Below are positions 50,667 to 61,043 of a stretch of DNA of 64,000 nucleotides, in pieces. Every line of letters starts with the position of its first letter. The stretch's first letter is position 1. Source of the stretch: Candidatus Hermodarchaeota archaeon (lineage in GTDB: Archaea > Asgardarchaeota > Lokiarchaeia > Sigyniarchaeales > SOKP01); the NCBI GenBank assembly GCA_048885925.1, contig JBHLLG010000005.1, positions 1 through 64,000 of the forward strand, in the 5' to 3' direction. The notes below the pieces were generated by a model. That model did not search any database and was not told the DNA's origin. It saw only the letters and a list, made by a program, of their open reading frames with translations. The translations under genes and the position numbers were made by a program.

Positions 50667-51071
50667 ATGTTATTTCAAATGCCTGATATGCAAGAATTAG
50701 GACCAATTATTGCTACAATAGCACTAATACTCTTTGATATATTACTTTTAAAATTAGCTTTACTTATAACTAAAGCTCAAGAAAAAAAAAATATGAAATG
50801 GGTTGCGATTAGTTTTGGTATTCAATTTGGAGTAATTTTTTTTGTAGGGTCTCCTTTAATAATATATGGAATGGTTGGGAGATTTCAAGGAGACCCGGGA
50901 ATCATAATACCCGTAGTTATATTCTCTGTTTTTATAGATTTAAATGTTATAAATCTGATTCATAAAATTGGTTTAAAAAGATCTTTTGTCGTTATGTTTT
51001 TTGTCGTAGGACCAATAATAACAGCTCTATATCTTCTTGGTTCCGCTCTAGGAGGAACTTTAATATATTAA
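50667..51071 (+). CDS. Small multi-pass membrane protein, unknown function
   Basis: Four hydrophobic segments in 134 aa. Confidence 0.6.
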   Translation: MLFQMPDMQELGPIIATIALILFDILLLKLALLITKAQEKKNMKWVAISFGIQFGVIFFVGSPLIIYGMVGRFQGDPGIIIPVVIFSVFIDLNVINLIHKIGLKRSFVVMFFVVGPIITALYLLGSALGGTLIY

Positions 51072-51997
51072 TTCATTATTTCTTCATTGATTTTTCTATT
51101 CATATCAATTATCTCCTCTCTAGCTGCTTTATCAAAATTTTCCTGGGAAAATTTTTTATTTTTATGATAAGCATAAATTATGTTTCTTGAAGAGTTAACA
51201 ATTCCACCTAATCCATTCTCATAAAATCCATCTTTAATGTCTTTCGCTTGAGCACCTTGGGCACCATATCCTGGTATTAAAATAAAAGAATGTTCCACAA
51301 TTTCTCGAACTTTTTTTAATTCTTGAGGATAAGTTGCCCCAACTACAACACCTAAATTAGTAAAATTAGAAAATTGTGCTAAATCAATACTCCAATCACG
51401 TATTAGCTCAGCGAGTCGAATATAATTTCTCTTTAAAATCTGATTTTCTACTTTATATTCAATAATATCATTAGAAATCTTATCTAATCTCACACTAAAT
51501 AAATCTTGAAATTCTGAACTGCTAGGGTTAGATGTTTTTATAAGTATGAAAAGCCCTTTTTCTTTGTATTCTAAAAAAGGTTTAACTCCATCAAATCCAA
51601 AATATGCATTAATGGTACATGCATCTGCATTAAAGTTATTAAATATTGAATAAGCATATGCTTCAGAAGTAGAACCAATATCATTCCTCTTTGAATCTAA
51701 AATAACTAATATCTCATTTTTTTGAGCGTATTTTATTGTCTCTTTTAAAGCATTTAAAGCCTCATACTTTTCATAGAAAGCAATCTGAGGTTTTACAACA
51801 GGGATTAAATCTTTAGTATTGTCAATTAGGATTTTGTTAAACTCTAAAATAATCTCGTTTGGATTATCAAGTTCTTCAATGAGATATTGAGGAATTTCTC
51901 CTTCTTTATCCATTCTAGGGTCAAGCCCCATACAGACAACGCTTTTCTTTTCTTTTATTGATTTGATTAAATCTTCGATAAAGTTCATAATTAGCAA
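51068..51997 (-). CDS. pyrF: Orotidine 5'-phosphate decarboxylase (type 2)
   Basis: CMGLDP, KPQIAFYE, DSKRNDIGST, KTSNP, VVGAT, LIPGYGAQG, VNSSR. Confidence 0.93.
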   Translation of the reverse strand: MLIMNFIEDLIKSIKEKKSVVCMGLDPRMDKEGEIPQYLIEELDNPNEIILEFNKILIDNTKDLIPVVKPQIAFYEKYEALNALKETIKYAQKNEILVILDSKRNDIGSTSEAYAYSIFNNFNADACTINAYFGFDGVKPFLEYKEKGLFILIKTSNPSSSEFQDLFSVRLDKISNDIIEYKVENQILKRNYIRLAELIRDWSIDLAQFSNFTNLGVVVGATYPQELKKVREIVEHSFILIPGYGAQGAQAKDIKDGFYENGLGGIVNSSRNIIYAYHKNKKFSQENFDKAAREEIIDMNRKINEEIMN

Positions 51998-52377
51998 AAA
52001 CTATATTTCTGTTTTTTAATTAATATTAGCAATAAATTTAGTAATTGTTGGCAATGAATGATCCAAATTTTAGAAATTTTTGGCAATGGACTCATATCCA
52101 ATTTTACTTTTAATTTGGTTGTTATATGAATAATTTTTTAAGAATTTGAATTTGATGTTTTCTTTTCTTTAAATTCTTTACTCTCTAACACCTAAAGCAA
52201 TTGAAGCTCTTCTTTCAGCGTAATTTCCAATTGCACTTATTGTCGCTTGATATTTTCCCTCTCGTTTTACAGAATCAACTCTAAGTGTGCTTTCACCATT
52301 ATTCTGAGTTAAATGAAAATTAAATGGAACTTTTTTCCCAATCAATAATTTAAGGACAACGGGTGCAACCACAAAAT

Positions 52378-53091
52378 GCAGTTCGTAAAAAACAAAAGCA
52401 AAAATCAGAGAAATGCTAAAATTCAAAGTTCAAATTTAGACCCTTAACGAGCCACGGAACCCCCTAACGCCATAGAAAGAGGGCGCACTGTTATGATAAA
52501 AGAAGACATGGCCATAGCGGTAATCAGCAAAGATAGCGCCGCCGAGTTTTCTAATATCAGAAGGAGTTTTCACCCAGCTCGACGTCTTCATATCGAAATT
52601 TCCAAGTTTCTGCAACTCTCGATATTGTTCTTCCGTTAAAAGCTCAATGCCCATGTTAGCTGCCATATCAATAGCGTTACCTTCTGGATGCACCCCTTTC
52701 TTTTCCCTCGCCTCCTGGCCTTCGCGGTCGTAACATACATTTCTGCGGCCTTTAGGACTTTCCGCTGAACAATCATAAAAAATGTATTCCCCCATCTTTT
52801 TATCATGACCAACAACATCCGGCTCACCGCCAGTTCTTTCCATTTCATTGAGTGACCACAATTTTTCAGTATTAGATTCCAGCTTTGCTTGTACTTTAGC
52901 CCATTCAAGGGATTTATGGCGATTCATGTTTCTCTCAAAACGGGCTTTCAATACTCTTAGTAGTTCTTCACGTTGTTCTGGTGACAAATCTTTTTTAAAT
53001 GCGGTAATTGATGGTTTGCGCATAATCATAGTATTCATCCTGAGTTTAAAAAATTATTTAGGCAGGAAAGGATTTTTTTTATACGAACTGC
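52378..53091. repeat. Inner 15-bp inverted repeat pair bracketing the DUF4256-like gene
   Basis: GCAGTTCGTAAAAAA (52378-52392) versus the reverse complement of 53077-53091, GCAGTTCGTATAAAA; 14/15 identical. Confidence 0.5.
52436..53038 (-). CDS. DUF4256-like protein of bacterial type
   Basis: LWSLNEMERTGGEPDVV, DCSAESPKGRR, KTSSWVKTP, LGGAIF, RGFRGSLRV; visibly higher GC than its neighbours. Confidence 0.75.
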   Translation of the reverse strand: MNTMIMRKPSITAFKKDLSPEQREELLRVLKARFERNMNRHKSLEWAKVQAKLESNTEKLWSLNEMERTGGEPDVVGHDKKMGEYIFYDCSAESPKGRRNVCYDREGQEAREKKGVHPEGNAIDMAANMGIELLTEEQYRELQKLGNFDMKTSSWVKTPSDIRKLGGAIFADYRYGHVFFYHNSAPSFYGVRGFRGSLRV

Positions 53092-53400
53092 GGCGAAAAA
53101 TTAGAAAACAATCGAAGAAGAATTAATTAGAAGTATCATATGAAATTATATTCATTCGAAAACCAATTAATTCCTATTGTCAACATTTTTGAGCAAGATA
53201 TAAGTTTCTTAAAATATCATTGCCGAAAATTTCTCAAAATATAGATCCATTGCCCTTTTTATGAATGTCAAGAATTTCTAGAATTTTATAAGTAGAGACT
53301 ATCTACTGATAGATGTGAAAAATAAATATTGCTATTATTTTTCAAAATTTACATTTAATCTTTAAATAATAAATCTGATACCATACCATAGAAAATTTTA

Positions 53401-54762
53401 TTAATCAAACTTATTATCACTAAATTCATCCAAAAGAGTGTAAATCTCTTCAATAATATCATTACAATCAACAGTTTTTTGTTCTTCAGAAACCATATTC
53501 CTAATTGTTACTGTTCTTTCTGCCAACTCCTCCGATCCTATAATCAACACTATATTAACCCCTAATTCATTAGCTTTACTTAGTTGATTTTTGAGATTTT
53601 TAAATCTATAATCTATTATACAGGGAAAATCTTCATCTCGAATAACCCTTGCAAGTTCAAATGCATAGGTTGACATATCTTCATTTATAGATGCTATATA
53701 TATTGTATCACTATAATCTTTCTCTTTAATTTCTTCTGGAATCAAGTTGTAAGTTTTTAAAAATAGGGAAAGTGTATAAACTCCCATCCCAAATCCAGTA
53801 CCAGTGATCTTTTCATCTGAAAATAATGATAAAAGATCGTCATAGCGACCCCCTCCAAATATACTCCTTATATTTTCTTTTCCAGTATCGAATACCTCAT
53901 AAATGATTCCAGTATAGTAATCAAGGCCTCTTACCGTTCCAGAAGAAAAAGTGCAATAACTAGAAAGATTTACTTCATTTAATAATTGGTTGAAATTAAC
54001 TATTTCGAGATATCCTTCAGATTGGTAAAAATCTTCTGAAATTTTATCAAATTTATTTAATAATTCCTTAATACTTTTTGCATCTTTAAGTTTTAAAATA
54101 CTTTGAATGATAAATTCATCTTGAAATGCATCTATAACATACTTTTCAAACTCATTATCTTCCATTTTGTCTGATTTATCTAATGCTTTAAAAACAGAGG
54201 GGATTTTATCTTCACTTAGTTTAAGAATATATTTACAAACTGAATCCATAAATCGTCGACTATTATAAAAAATTTGAAACTGTTCAGCAGTGGCTCCAAA
54301 TTCTGTAAATATATCTACAATTATATTAAAAATTTCAAGATCAGCATAAAGACTTTCTTCACCCAATATATCTACATTAGGTTGAAAGAAAGCTCGACGA
54401 CGACCTCTTTGAGGTCTTTCATATCTAAAGCACATTGGAACAGAAAACCACCGAATAGGTTTTTTTAATTCTTGACACTTTTTAGCAACCATCCTTGCTA
54501 AAGAAGGTGTAAGTTCGGGTATTAAAATTAGTCTCTCTCCTTCCTTTTTCTCAACAATAAATGATTGTTCATTGACTAATTCATCGGAGGATTTTGCAGC
54601 AAATAATTCAACTGGTTCTATGGGTGGAGTTGCATATTCTTCATAACCATATCGTTCTATTACGTCTTTTATGGTTTCAATTATCCAATTAACTTCACGT
54701 AAATCAGCTGGGTAATAATCATCCATTCCTCTAAGTGGTTCTTTAGAAAATTTTTTAGACAT
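53401..54762 (-). CDS. hisS: Histidyl-tRNA synthetase
   Basis: PLRGMDD, FRYERPQRGR, RGLDYYTG, GGGRYD, and a C-terminal anticodon-binding domain. Confidence 0.96.
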   Translation of the reverse strand: MSKKFSKEPLRGMDDYYPADLREVNWIIETIKDVIERYGYEEYATPPIEPVELFAAKSSDELVNEQSFIVEKKEGERLILIPELTPSLARMVAKKCQELKKPIRWFSVPMCFRYERPQRGRRRAFFQPNVDILGEESLYADLEIFNIIVDIFTEFGATAEQFQIFYNSRRFMDSVCKYILKLSEDKIPSVFKALDKSDKMEDNEFEKYVIDAFQDEFIIQSILKLKDAKSIKELLNKFDKISEDFYQSEGYLEIVNFNQLLNEVNLSSYCTFSSGTVRGLDYYTGIIYEVFDTGKENIRSIFGGGRYDDLLSLFSDEKITGTGFGMGVYTLSLFLKTYNLIPEEIKEKDYSDTIYIASINEDMSTYAFELARVIRDEDFPCIIDYRFKNLKNQLSKANELGVNIVLIIGSEELAERTVTIRNMVSEEQKTVDCNDIIEEIYTLLDEFSDNKFD

Positions 54763-54922
54763 CTAATCACTTGCTTTAGAATATATAAACTATTTTTAGA
54801 AAAGAACCTTAACAAATATTTTTTTCGATTTAACAATAAGGTTTTTCTAATTTATTATATGTAAATAAATAATATTTGATTTGAATTTAAAGTGATTTAA
54901 CAAGTTATTTGGAGAGATATAA

Positions 54923-55570
54923 GTGTTAAAGGGGGACATTTATAATGAAATATCTGAGGCTATCGTAAATCTAGATGAAGAAAAAGCTTTTAAATATGCA
55001 AATAAAGCTATTAATGAAAATATGAATTTACTCGATGTTATTGAGAAAGGATATGCTGCTGGGATAAGGCGTGTTGGAGAATTATGGGAAGAAGGAGAAT
55101 TTTTCTTACCTGAGTTAATGAAAGGTGCACAAATAATGCAAAATTGTTTAGATCTTCTAATTCCACATCTTCAAAGGGGATCTGGGAAAATTTCACGTGG
55201 AACAATTGTAATAGCTACAATTGAGGGAGATATTCATTCAATTGGAAAAACGATTGTTGGTACAATGTTAAGAGCTTATGGTTATGATGTTTATGATCTA
55301 GGTGCTGATGTTCCTGCTGAAAAAATTGTAGAGGAAGCAATTGAAAAAAGAGCAGATATTATTGGAGTTTCCGCTCTTTTAACAACTACAATGATTAATC
55401 AGAAAAAAATTATTGATCTTTTAAAAGAAAAAAACCTAATGGGTAAATTTAAAGTCATTTTTGGCGGCGCTCCTGTAACTTCTGCATGGGTAGAAGAATG
55501 TAATGCTGATGGTTTTGCTGATAACGCAATCGAAGCTGTTAAACTAGTTAAATCTCTTCTAAAGCATTAA
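54923..55570 (+). CDS. Methyltransferase cognate corrinoid protein (MttC/MtbC-like)
   Basis: GEFFLPEL cap, GDIHSIGK, SALLTTT, GGAP. Confidence 0.9.
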   Translation: MLKGDIYNEISEAIVNLDEEKAFKYANKAINENMNLLDVIEKGYAAGIRRVGELWEEGEFFLPELMKGAQIMQNCLDLLIPHLQRGSGKISRGTIVIATIEGDIHSIGKTIVGTMLRAYGYDVYDLGADVPAEKIVEEAIEKRADIIGVSALLTTTMINQKKIIDLLKEKNLMGKFKVIFGGAPVTSAWVEECNADGFADNAIEAVKLVKSLLKH

Positions 55571-55601
55571 AAATTGAATTTTTTAAAGAGGTAAATTACT
55601 A

Positions 55602-56480
55602 ATGTTATTTAATGGCTGGTTAAAGGATGATTCTAAGATTATCTTATTTGATGGTGCTATGGGGACACAATTAATTGAAAAAGGATTAACAACAGGTAAA
55701 ATCCCAGATATCCTGAACGTTGAATATCCAGATGTTATTTCTAGCATTCATAAATCCTATTATGATGCGGGTTCAGATATGTGTCAAACGAATACATTTG
55801 GCTCAACTCCTTTGAATTTAAAGCGTCATAAGCTTGAAAATCGAATTGGAGAAATTATTGAGAATGCCTTAAAAAACATAAAAGAAGTTCGCCCTTCTGA
55901 ATGTTTGATTGTAGGTGATATAGGACCTACAGGTGAATTTAGACCACCCGTTGGAAATGCTTCTAGTGAAGATTGGTATTCAAGCTTTTTAACCCAAGCA
56001 AAATTATTAGAAAAGGGTGTTGATCTTTGGCATATCGAGACAATCTCAGATATAGAAGAGATGCTAACAGCAATAAAAGCAGTTCGAGAAGTTTCTAAGA
56101 AACCAATGATTGCCTCAATTACATATAAAAGGACTAAAAAGGGTTTCTTCACAATAATGGGAGATTCACTTGAAAAATGTATAAATATGTTGGATAAAGA
56201 AAAAATAGAAGTCATTGGAGCAAATTGTACCTTAGGATCGCATGATATGATTGATTTATTAAAAAGTGCTATTAATTTAACTAATAAGCCAATTTCTGTA
56301 AAGCCTAATGCGGGTCAACCTAAAATAGATGGCAATAAAACATTTTATGAACAACCTGTTGAAGAATTTGTCAAAGATATCAAAGAAATGATCGAATTGG
56401 GAGCAAAAATAGTTGGGGGTTGTTGTGGTACCTCTCCCATAACTATAAGAAAAATTCGAAATGTAATTGATTCTTTCTAA
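55602..56480 (+). CDS. Homocysteine S-methyltransferase (stand-alone MetH Hcy-binding domain)
   Basis: DGAMGT, TNTFG, GANC, PNAG, GGCCGT zinc motif. Confidence 0.9.
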   Translation: MLFNGWLKDDSKIILFDGAMGTQLIEKGLTTGKIPDILNVEYPDVISSIHKSYYDAGSDMCQTNTFGSTPLNLKRHKLENRIGEIIENALKNIKEVRPSECLIVGDIGPTGEFRPPVGNASSEDWYSSFLTQAKLLEKGVDLWHIETISDIEEMLTAIKAVREVSKKPMIASITYKRTKKGFFTIMGDSLEKCINMLDKEKIEVIGANCTLGSHDMIDLLKSAINLTNKPISVKPNAGQPKIDGNKTFYEQPVEEFVKDIKEMIELGAKIVGGCCGTSPITIRKIRNVIDSF

Positions 56481-56507
56481 AAATATTAAAATAAGGAGTT
56501 TATCTCA

Positions 56508-57935
56508 ATGCCAATTATTAGGCCAAAGATAAGGTTATTAGATGATGAACATAAGAACAAAATTTTAGAAGAAGCTAAAATTATTCTTGAAAATCAAGGT
56601 GTCTTCATCGAGAATAAAGACGCAATTAATTTATTTGATCAAAATGGTATAAATCATGAGGGTTCGCGTTATTTTTTTCCACCTGAATTAATTGATAATT
56701 GCTTAAAAACAGTTCCTCATGAAATTACCTTATATGATAGAGAGGGCAATGAACAAATATCATTAAAAGAAGATAATGTTTATTTTGACCCTGGATCTGC
56801 AGCGATTTTTATATTAGATGAAAATAGTGGTGAAATTAGAGAAGCTTTATCTAAGGATTTTATCAAATTTTCGAAAATAGTTGAAAAATTAAAATATATA
56901 GAAGCTCAAAGTACTGCTTTAATCTATAAGGATGTTCCAAAAGAAGCTCAAGATTGGCATAGGTTATATATTGCTTTATCAAACTGTTACAAACCAGTTA
57001 TAACTGGCACTTTTCGAAAAAAAAGTTTTTCAATAATGAAAGATCTTCTATTAACTTGTAGATTGTCTGAAGATGACTTAGCAAGAAAGCCATTAGCAAT
57101 ATTTGATGCTTGTCCAAGTCCCCCTCTTAAATGGTCTGATCTTACAACTCAATCATTAATAGATGCTGCAAAAAGTATGATACCCTCTGAATTTGTTTCA
57201 ATGCCATTAGCAGGTGCTAATGCTCCAATTACATTAATAGGATCCATTACTCAACATTGTGCAGAATGTTTAGCAGGGATCGTAATTGCTCAATTAACAA
57301 AAAAAGGAGCTCCATTAATATGGGGAGGATCACCAGCTATATTTGACATGAAATATGGAACAACTCCCATGGGTGCAATTGAGACTATGATGATTAATTT
57401 AGGAGATATCGAGATGGGAAAATACTTGAATTTACCTACCCATGCGTATATGGCACTTAGTGATTCTAAAGTTCCTGATAGTCAAGCAGGATTTGAAGCA
57501 GGAATGGGAGCTTTACTTGCAGGTTTATCAGGAGTTAACATGGCTTCCGGTCCTGGAATGCTTGATTTTGAATCTACACAGAGCATAGAGAAGTTAATTA
57601 TTGATAATGAAATTGCAGGTATGGTAAAGAGGTTTCTTCAAGGAATCGAGGATTATGGTACCCCATTTGCTTCAGAAATCATAAAAGATTATAAGGATAA
57701 AGAGGAACTTTTATCTCATCCTTCAACTTTGAAATATTTTCGAAAAGAATTGTTTTTTCCAAGTCCAATAATAGATAGAATGACACGAGATATGTGGAGG
57801 GAGAATGGATCTAAATCTGCTAGAAAAAAAGCAAAAGAAGAAGCATTTAAATTATTAGAAAAATCATCAGCAAAACCTATCGATGACTCATTAGCAAAGG
57901 AATTAGAAAAAATCACTAAAAGTTCATTAAAATAA
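56508..57935 (+). CDS. mttB: MttB-superfamily methylamine/quaternary amine:corrinoid methyltransferase (non-pyrrolysine)
   Basis: PSPPLKW, PLAGANAPITLIG, GAPLIWGGS, SDSKVPDSQAGFE. No in-frame UAG; Leu at the position expected for Pyl. Confidence 0.85.
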   Translation: MPIIRPKIRLLDDEHKNKILEEAKIILENQGVFIENKDAINLFDQNGINHEGSRYFFPPELIDNCLKTVPHEITLYDREGNEQISLKEDNVYFDPGSAAIFILDENSGEIREALSKDFIKFSKIVEKLKYIEAQSTALIYKDVPKEAQDWHRLYIALSNCYKPVITGTFRKKSFSIMKDLLLTCRLSEDDLARKPLAIFDACPSPPLKWSDLTTQSLIDAAKSMIPSEFVSMPLAGANAPITLIGSITQHCAECLAGIVIAQLTKKGAPLIWGGSPAIFDMKYGTTPMGAIETMMINLGDIEMGKYLNLPTHAYMALSDSKVPDSQAGFEAGMGALLAGLSGVNMASGPGMLDFESTQSIEKLIIDNEIAGMVKRFLQGIEDYGTPFASEIIKDYKDKEELLSHPSTLKYFRKELFFPSPIIDRMTRDMWRENGSKSARKKAKEEAFKLLEKSSAKPIDDSLAKELEKITKSSLK

Positions 57936-58070
57936 TCATATAATCTTTTTATCCGAAATTCCTTTTATCAAATTCTAAACATAACTAAAAATCTTATAAT
58001 AATTTAAGTTGAAATTAATAATAATTAAACAATTTATTTAGATTAATTAAAGATTAATTCAGTTAAAACT

Positions 58071-58346
58071 ATGCCAAAATTAATAGAAAACAAGGAAAAA
58101 AAGTTTAACTTATTTCTAAATAAGGATAGATGTGGTGGTTGTGAAGTGTGTATAGCTGTATGCCCCACAGGAATATTAGAAATAAGTAATGAATTAAATT
58201 ATAGAATTGCTTATATTCCAAAAGTAAAAGAGGATAAAGCTAAATACTGTACAGGATGTCGTAGATGCGAATTATGCTGTCCTGATTGGTGTATTTATGT
58301 TTTAGAAGAAGAACAAGAAATTCAAATTAATAATTTAAAAAGATAA
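58071..58346 (+). CDS. korD: 2-oxoacid:ferredoxin oxidoreductase delta subunit (ferredoxin)
   Basis: CGGCEVCIAVCP and CTGCRRCELCCP; first gene of the operon. Confidence 0.82.
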   Translation: MPKLIENKEKKFNLFLNKDRCGGCEVCIAVCPTGILEISNELNYRIAYIPKVKEDKAKYCTGCRRCELCCPDWCIYVLEEEQEIQINNLKR

Positions 58347-58347
58347 A

Positions 58348-59538
58348 ATGGTGGAAGTTATGGAAAACAATAAGAGGTTTTTACCAGAAGGTAAATATGT
58401 AATGATGGGGAATGAAGCAATGGCGGAAGGTGCCTTAGCTGCAGGTTTGAGCTTTTTTGGTGGATATCCAATTACACCTAGTACAGAGGTTATAGAGCAT
58501 CTAGCTAAAAGATTGCCAGAAGTAGGTGGATGCTGTATGCAAATGGAAGATGAGTTAGCATCGATAAATGCTGTAATTGGTGCTTCACTAGTGGGGGCAA
58601 AATCTATGACCGCAACCTCAGGTCCAGGACTTTCTTTAATGGTTGAGACGATTAGTATGGCTGCTAATCTTGAAGTACCTTTTGTAGTCTGTGATGTGCA
58701 AAGAAACGGTCCCGGTACCGGCTTTGTCACAGAACCTCATCATAATGACTTAGGTTTAATTAGATTTCCAGGAAATGGGGAATTTGGAGTAATAGCTTTA
58801 GCTCCCATGAATTGTCAAGAATTATATGATTTAACAATTACAGCTTTTAATTTTGCTGAAACTTTTCGTTGCCCCGTATTTATCATTTCAGATGCTTATT
58901 TAGGCCATCTCCATGAAGCTGTAAATATACCCTCAAAAGAAGAAGTAATAAAGAAATTAATCTATCGTGAAATACCTAAAGATATTGAGAAAAAATATAC
59001 ATATAAAGATGCTACTACTAATGAATATATTGTCCCTAAACCTCCAATAATGGGAACTGATTATGTTCCAGTTATGTTTCTTCATCAACCTCATGATTAT
59101 AACGGATTTTCGAGACGTGCTTATTCATTAGAATTTACAAAAATGCTCATTGAAAAATTAAATTCTAATATAGAAAAAATATCTATTACTGAGAAATATA
59201 AATTAGATGATGCTGAAATTGTTATTATTGCCTATGGATTATCTGTAAGAACAAGCTACTATGCTGTCGATATTGCCAGAAAAGAAGGGATAAAAGTTGG
59301 AATATTTAGATTAATAACAGTTTGGCCATTCCCAGATAAAAAAGTAAAAGAAATTGTTAAAGATGTAAAAGCAATAATCGTACCAGAATTAAATTATACG
59401 GGATTCATTGCTGAACAAGTTGAAAGGGTTACCCATCTTGATATACCGATCATAAAAATTCCAAAAGTGTGCGATTTTCATCACCCAGATGAAATATTAA
59501 AAATAATTAGAGAGGTAGATACAAAATGTCAGGACTAG
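58348..59538 (+). CDS. korA: 2-oxoacid:ferredoxin oxidoreductase alpha subunit
   Basis: GNEAMAEGA, GYPITPSTE, QMEDE, TATSGPG, DVQRNGP. Substrate specificity is not determinable. Confidence 0.88.
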   Translation: MVEVMENNKRFLPEGKYVMMGNEAMAEGALAAGLSFFGGYPITPSTEVIEHLAKRLPEVGGCCMQMEDELASINAVIGASLVGAKSMTATSGPGLSLMVETISMAANLEVPFVVCDVQRNGPGTGFVTEPHHNDLGLIRFPGNGEFGVIALAPMNCQELYDLTITAFNFAETFRCPVFIISDAYLGHLHEAVNIPSKEEVIKKLIYREIPKDIEKKYTYKDATTNEYIVPKPPIMGTDYVPVMFLHQPHDYNGFSRRAYSLEFTKMLIEKLNSNIEKISITEKYKLDDAEIVIIAYGLSVRTSYYAVDIARKEGIKVGIFRLITVWPFPDKKVKEIVKDVKAIIVPELNYTGFIAEQVERVTHLDIPIIKIPKVCDFHHPDEILKIIREVDTKCQD

Positions 59539-60443
59539 GTCCAACATATCCTGGTGAAAAGCCAGAAAATCCTTACCTTTTTGTTTCTTTTCCAGGTCAT
59601 TTATTCAAAAAATATTCTTCTCTTTTTTGTGCAGGTTGTGGTTATGGTATAATAGGGCAAATTTTTAATCGCGTATTTGAAGATGAAAAATTAAATCCCA
59701 AATTATATCCTGTTATTCTCGGAATAGGATGTTATAGTCAAATGCTATTAACATTGCACTATGCTTCACAAAGAATATTAGCTCTTCATGGACGTGCCCC
59801 TGCATTAGCAACAGGCATGAAAATGGCAAATCCTGCAATGAAACCTATCATCTTTTCAGGAGATGGTGATTGTTTAGGAATTGGTGGAAATCATTTTATA
59901 CATACATGCCGAAGAAATCTCGATTGTATTATTTTAATATTTAATAATAGCATTTATGCTATGACTGGAGGGCAGGGTGCCCCTACAACTTTGTATGGAG
60001 CTAATAGTACAACAACACCTTATAAAATGTTTGAAAATAGAACTGATGGTATAAAACTTGCTCTTGCTGCTGGAGCAACATATGTTGCAAGGACGACAGT
60101 TGCACATCCTAGAACTTTAATAAAGTATTTTAAAAAAGCATTAAAGCATAAAGGTACTTCCGTAATTGAAATAATTACTCCTTGTATTACATATTTCGGT
60201 AAAAAAAATTTGGATAAATTGGGAGCGGAATTTCTAGAAATTCCTGGTGAAAAAATGGAAACTACAGGTAAAATGATTGATTGGATAAAAAGAAATAGTA
60301 TACGTATAAATCAAGCGAAATTCATGACAGAGGACGAATTATTTAATAAATATATAATCGGGGAATTTAATTTTGAACCAGACAAACCAGAGTACTCTGA
60401 AGAATATGCTAAAATCAAAAAAATTGCGATGGAGGAAAAATGA
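59526..60443 (+). CDS. korB: 2-oxoacid:ferredoxin oxidoreductase beta subunit (TPP-binding)
   Basis: FCAGCG, GIGC, HGRA, GDGD, NNSIYAMTGGQ. Confidence 0.88.
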   Translation: MSGLGPTYPGEKPENPYLFVSFPGHLFKKYSSLFCAGCGYGIIGQIFNRVFEDEKLNPKLYPVILGIGCYSQMLLTLHYASQRILALHGRAPALATGMKMANPAMKPIIFSGDGDCLGIGGNHFIHTCRRNLDCIILIFNNSIYAMTGGQGAPTTLYGANSTTTPYKMFENRTDGIKLALAAGATYVARTTVAHPRTLIKYFKKALKHKGTSVIEIITPCITYFGKKNLDKLGAEFLEIPGEKMETTGKMIDWIKRNSIRINQAKFMTEDELFNKYIIGEFNFEPDKPEYSEEYAKIKKIAMEEK

Positions 60444-60446
60444 AGT

Positions 60447-61043
60447 ATGACTAGATATGAAATTCATATTTCCGGGTTTGGAGGCCAAGGAGTAATAACT
60501 TTAAGTAAGATGATAACTACTGCTGCTGCGTTATATGAAGATTTAGCCTCAACTCAAACAGAAGCTTACTCTGCTTCTGCTCGTGGAGGTCGATGTTGGG
60601 CTGAAGTTGTTGTAGATTTAAATAAGGATATTAAGATCATCGATTACCCTAAAGCTTTAAGACCATATGACTTTTTAATTATTCTTTCTGAGGAAGCTGC
60701 TGCTAGTATTAATCCTGATTATGTTAAAAAAGATGAAAACACAGGTTATTTAATTTGGGATCCTTCAACAATCAAGAATTTTAAAATAGTGAATAATATT
60801 CATAAAGCTTTAGGCGTTCCCATACAAAAAATAGCAGTTGAAAAATTTGGGGATATAGTTTTTGGAAATTCAATTCTTTTTGGTATATTTACTTCTCTAT
60901 CAGGGATTATCTCTGAAGAGTCAGCGATCGAAACAATCAAAAAGTTTGTTCCAAGCTCCAGTTTAAGTAAAAATTTAGAGGCATTTGAAATTGGCAAAAA
61001 AGAAGCGCAGGAATTTATTAAAAAATTAAAAGAGGAAAAATGA
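60447..61043 (+). CDS. korC: 2-oxoacid:ferredoxin oxidoreductase gamma subunit
   Basis: ISGFGGQG, YSASARGG, NLEAFEIG. Confidence 0.88.
   Translation: MTRYEIHISGFGGQGVITLSKMITTAAALYEDLASTQTEAYSASARGGRCWAEVVVDLNKDIKIIDYPKALRPYDFLIILSEEAAASINPDYVKKDENTGYLIWDPSTIKNFKIVNNIHKALGVPIQKIAVEKFGDIVFGNSILFGIFTSLSGIISEESAIETIKKFVPSSSLSKNLEAFEIGKKEAQEFIKKLKEEK

Larger units (their letters stand above)
52050..53254. mobile_element. Putative non-autonomous element: imperfect ~40-bp inverted repeats enclosing a GC-richer cargo gene
   Basis: 52050-52089 GGCAATGAATGATCCAAATTTTAGAAATTTTTGGCAATGG versus the reverse complement of 53217-53254, GGCAATGGATCTATATTTTGAGAAATTTTCGGCAATGA. No transposase and no clear target-site duplication. 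Confidence 0.45.

Noticed and set aside
52178-52426. Functional 82-aa protein or transposase fragment
   Set aside because: It straddles the inner inverted repeat and has no recognizable motif; probably a remnant or chance ORF.
56508-57935. Pyrrolysine-containing trimethylamine methyltransferase
   Set aside because: No in-frame UAG; the ORF is continuous.
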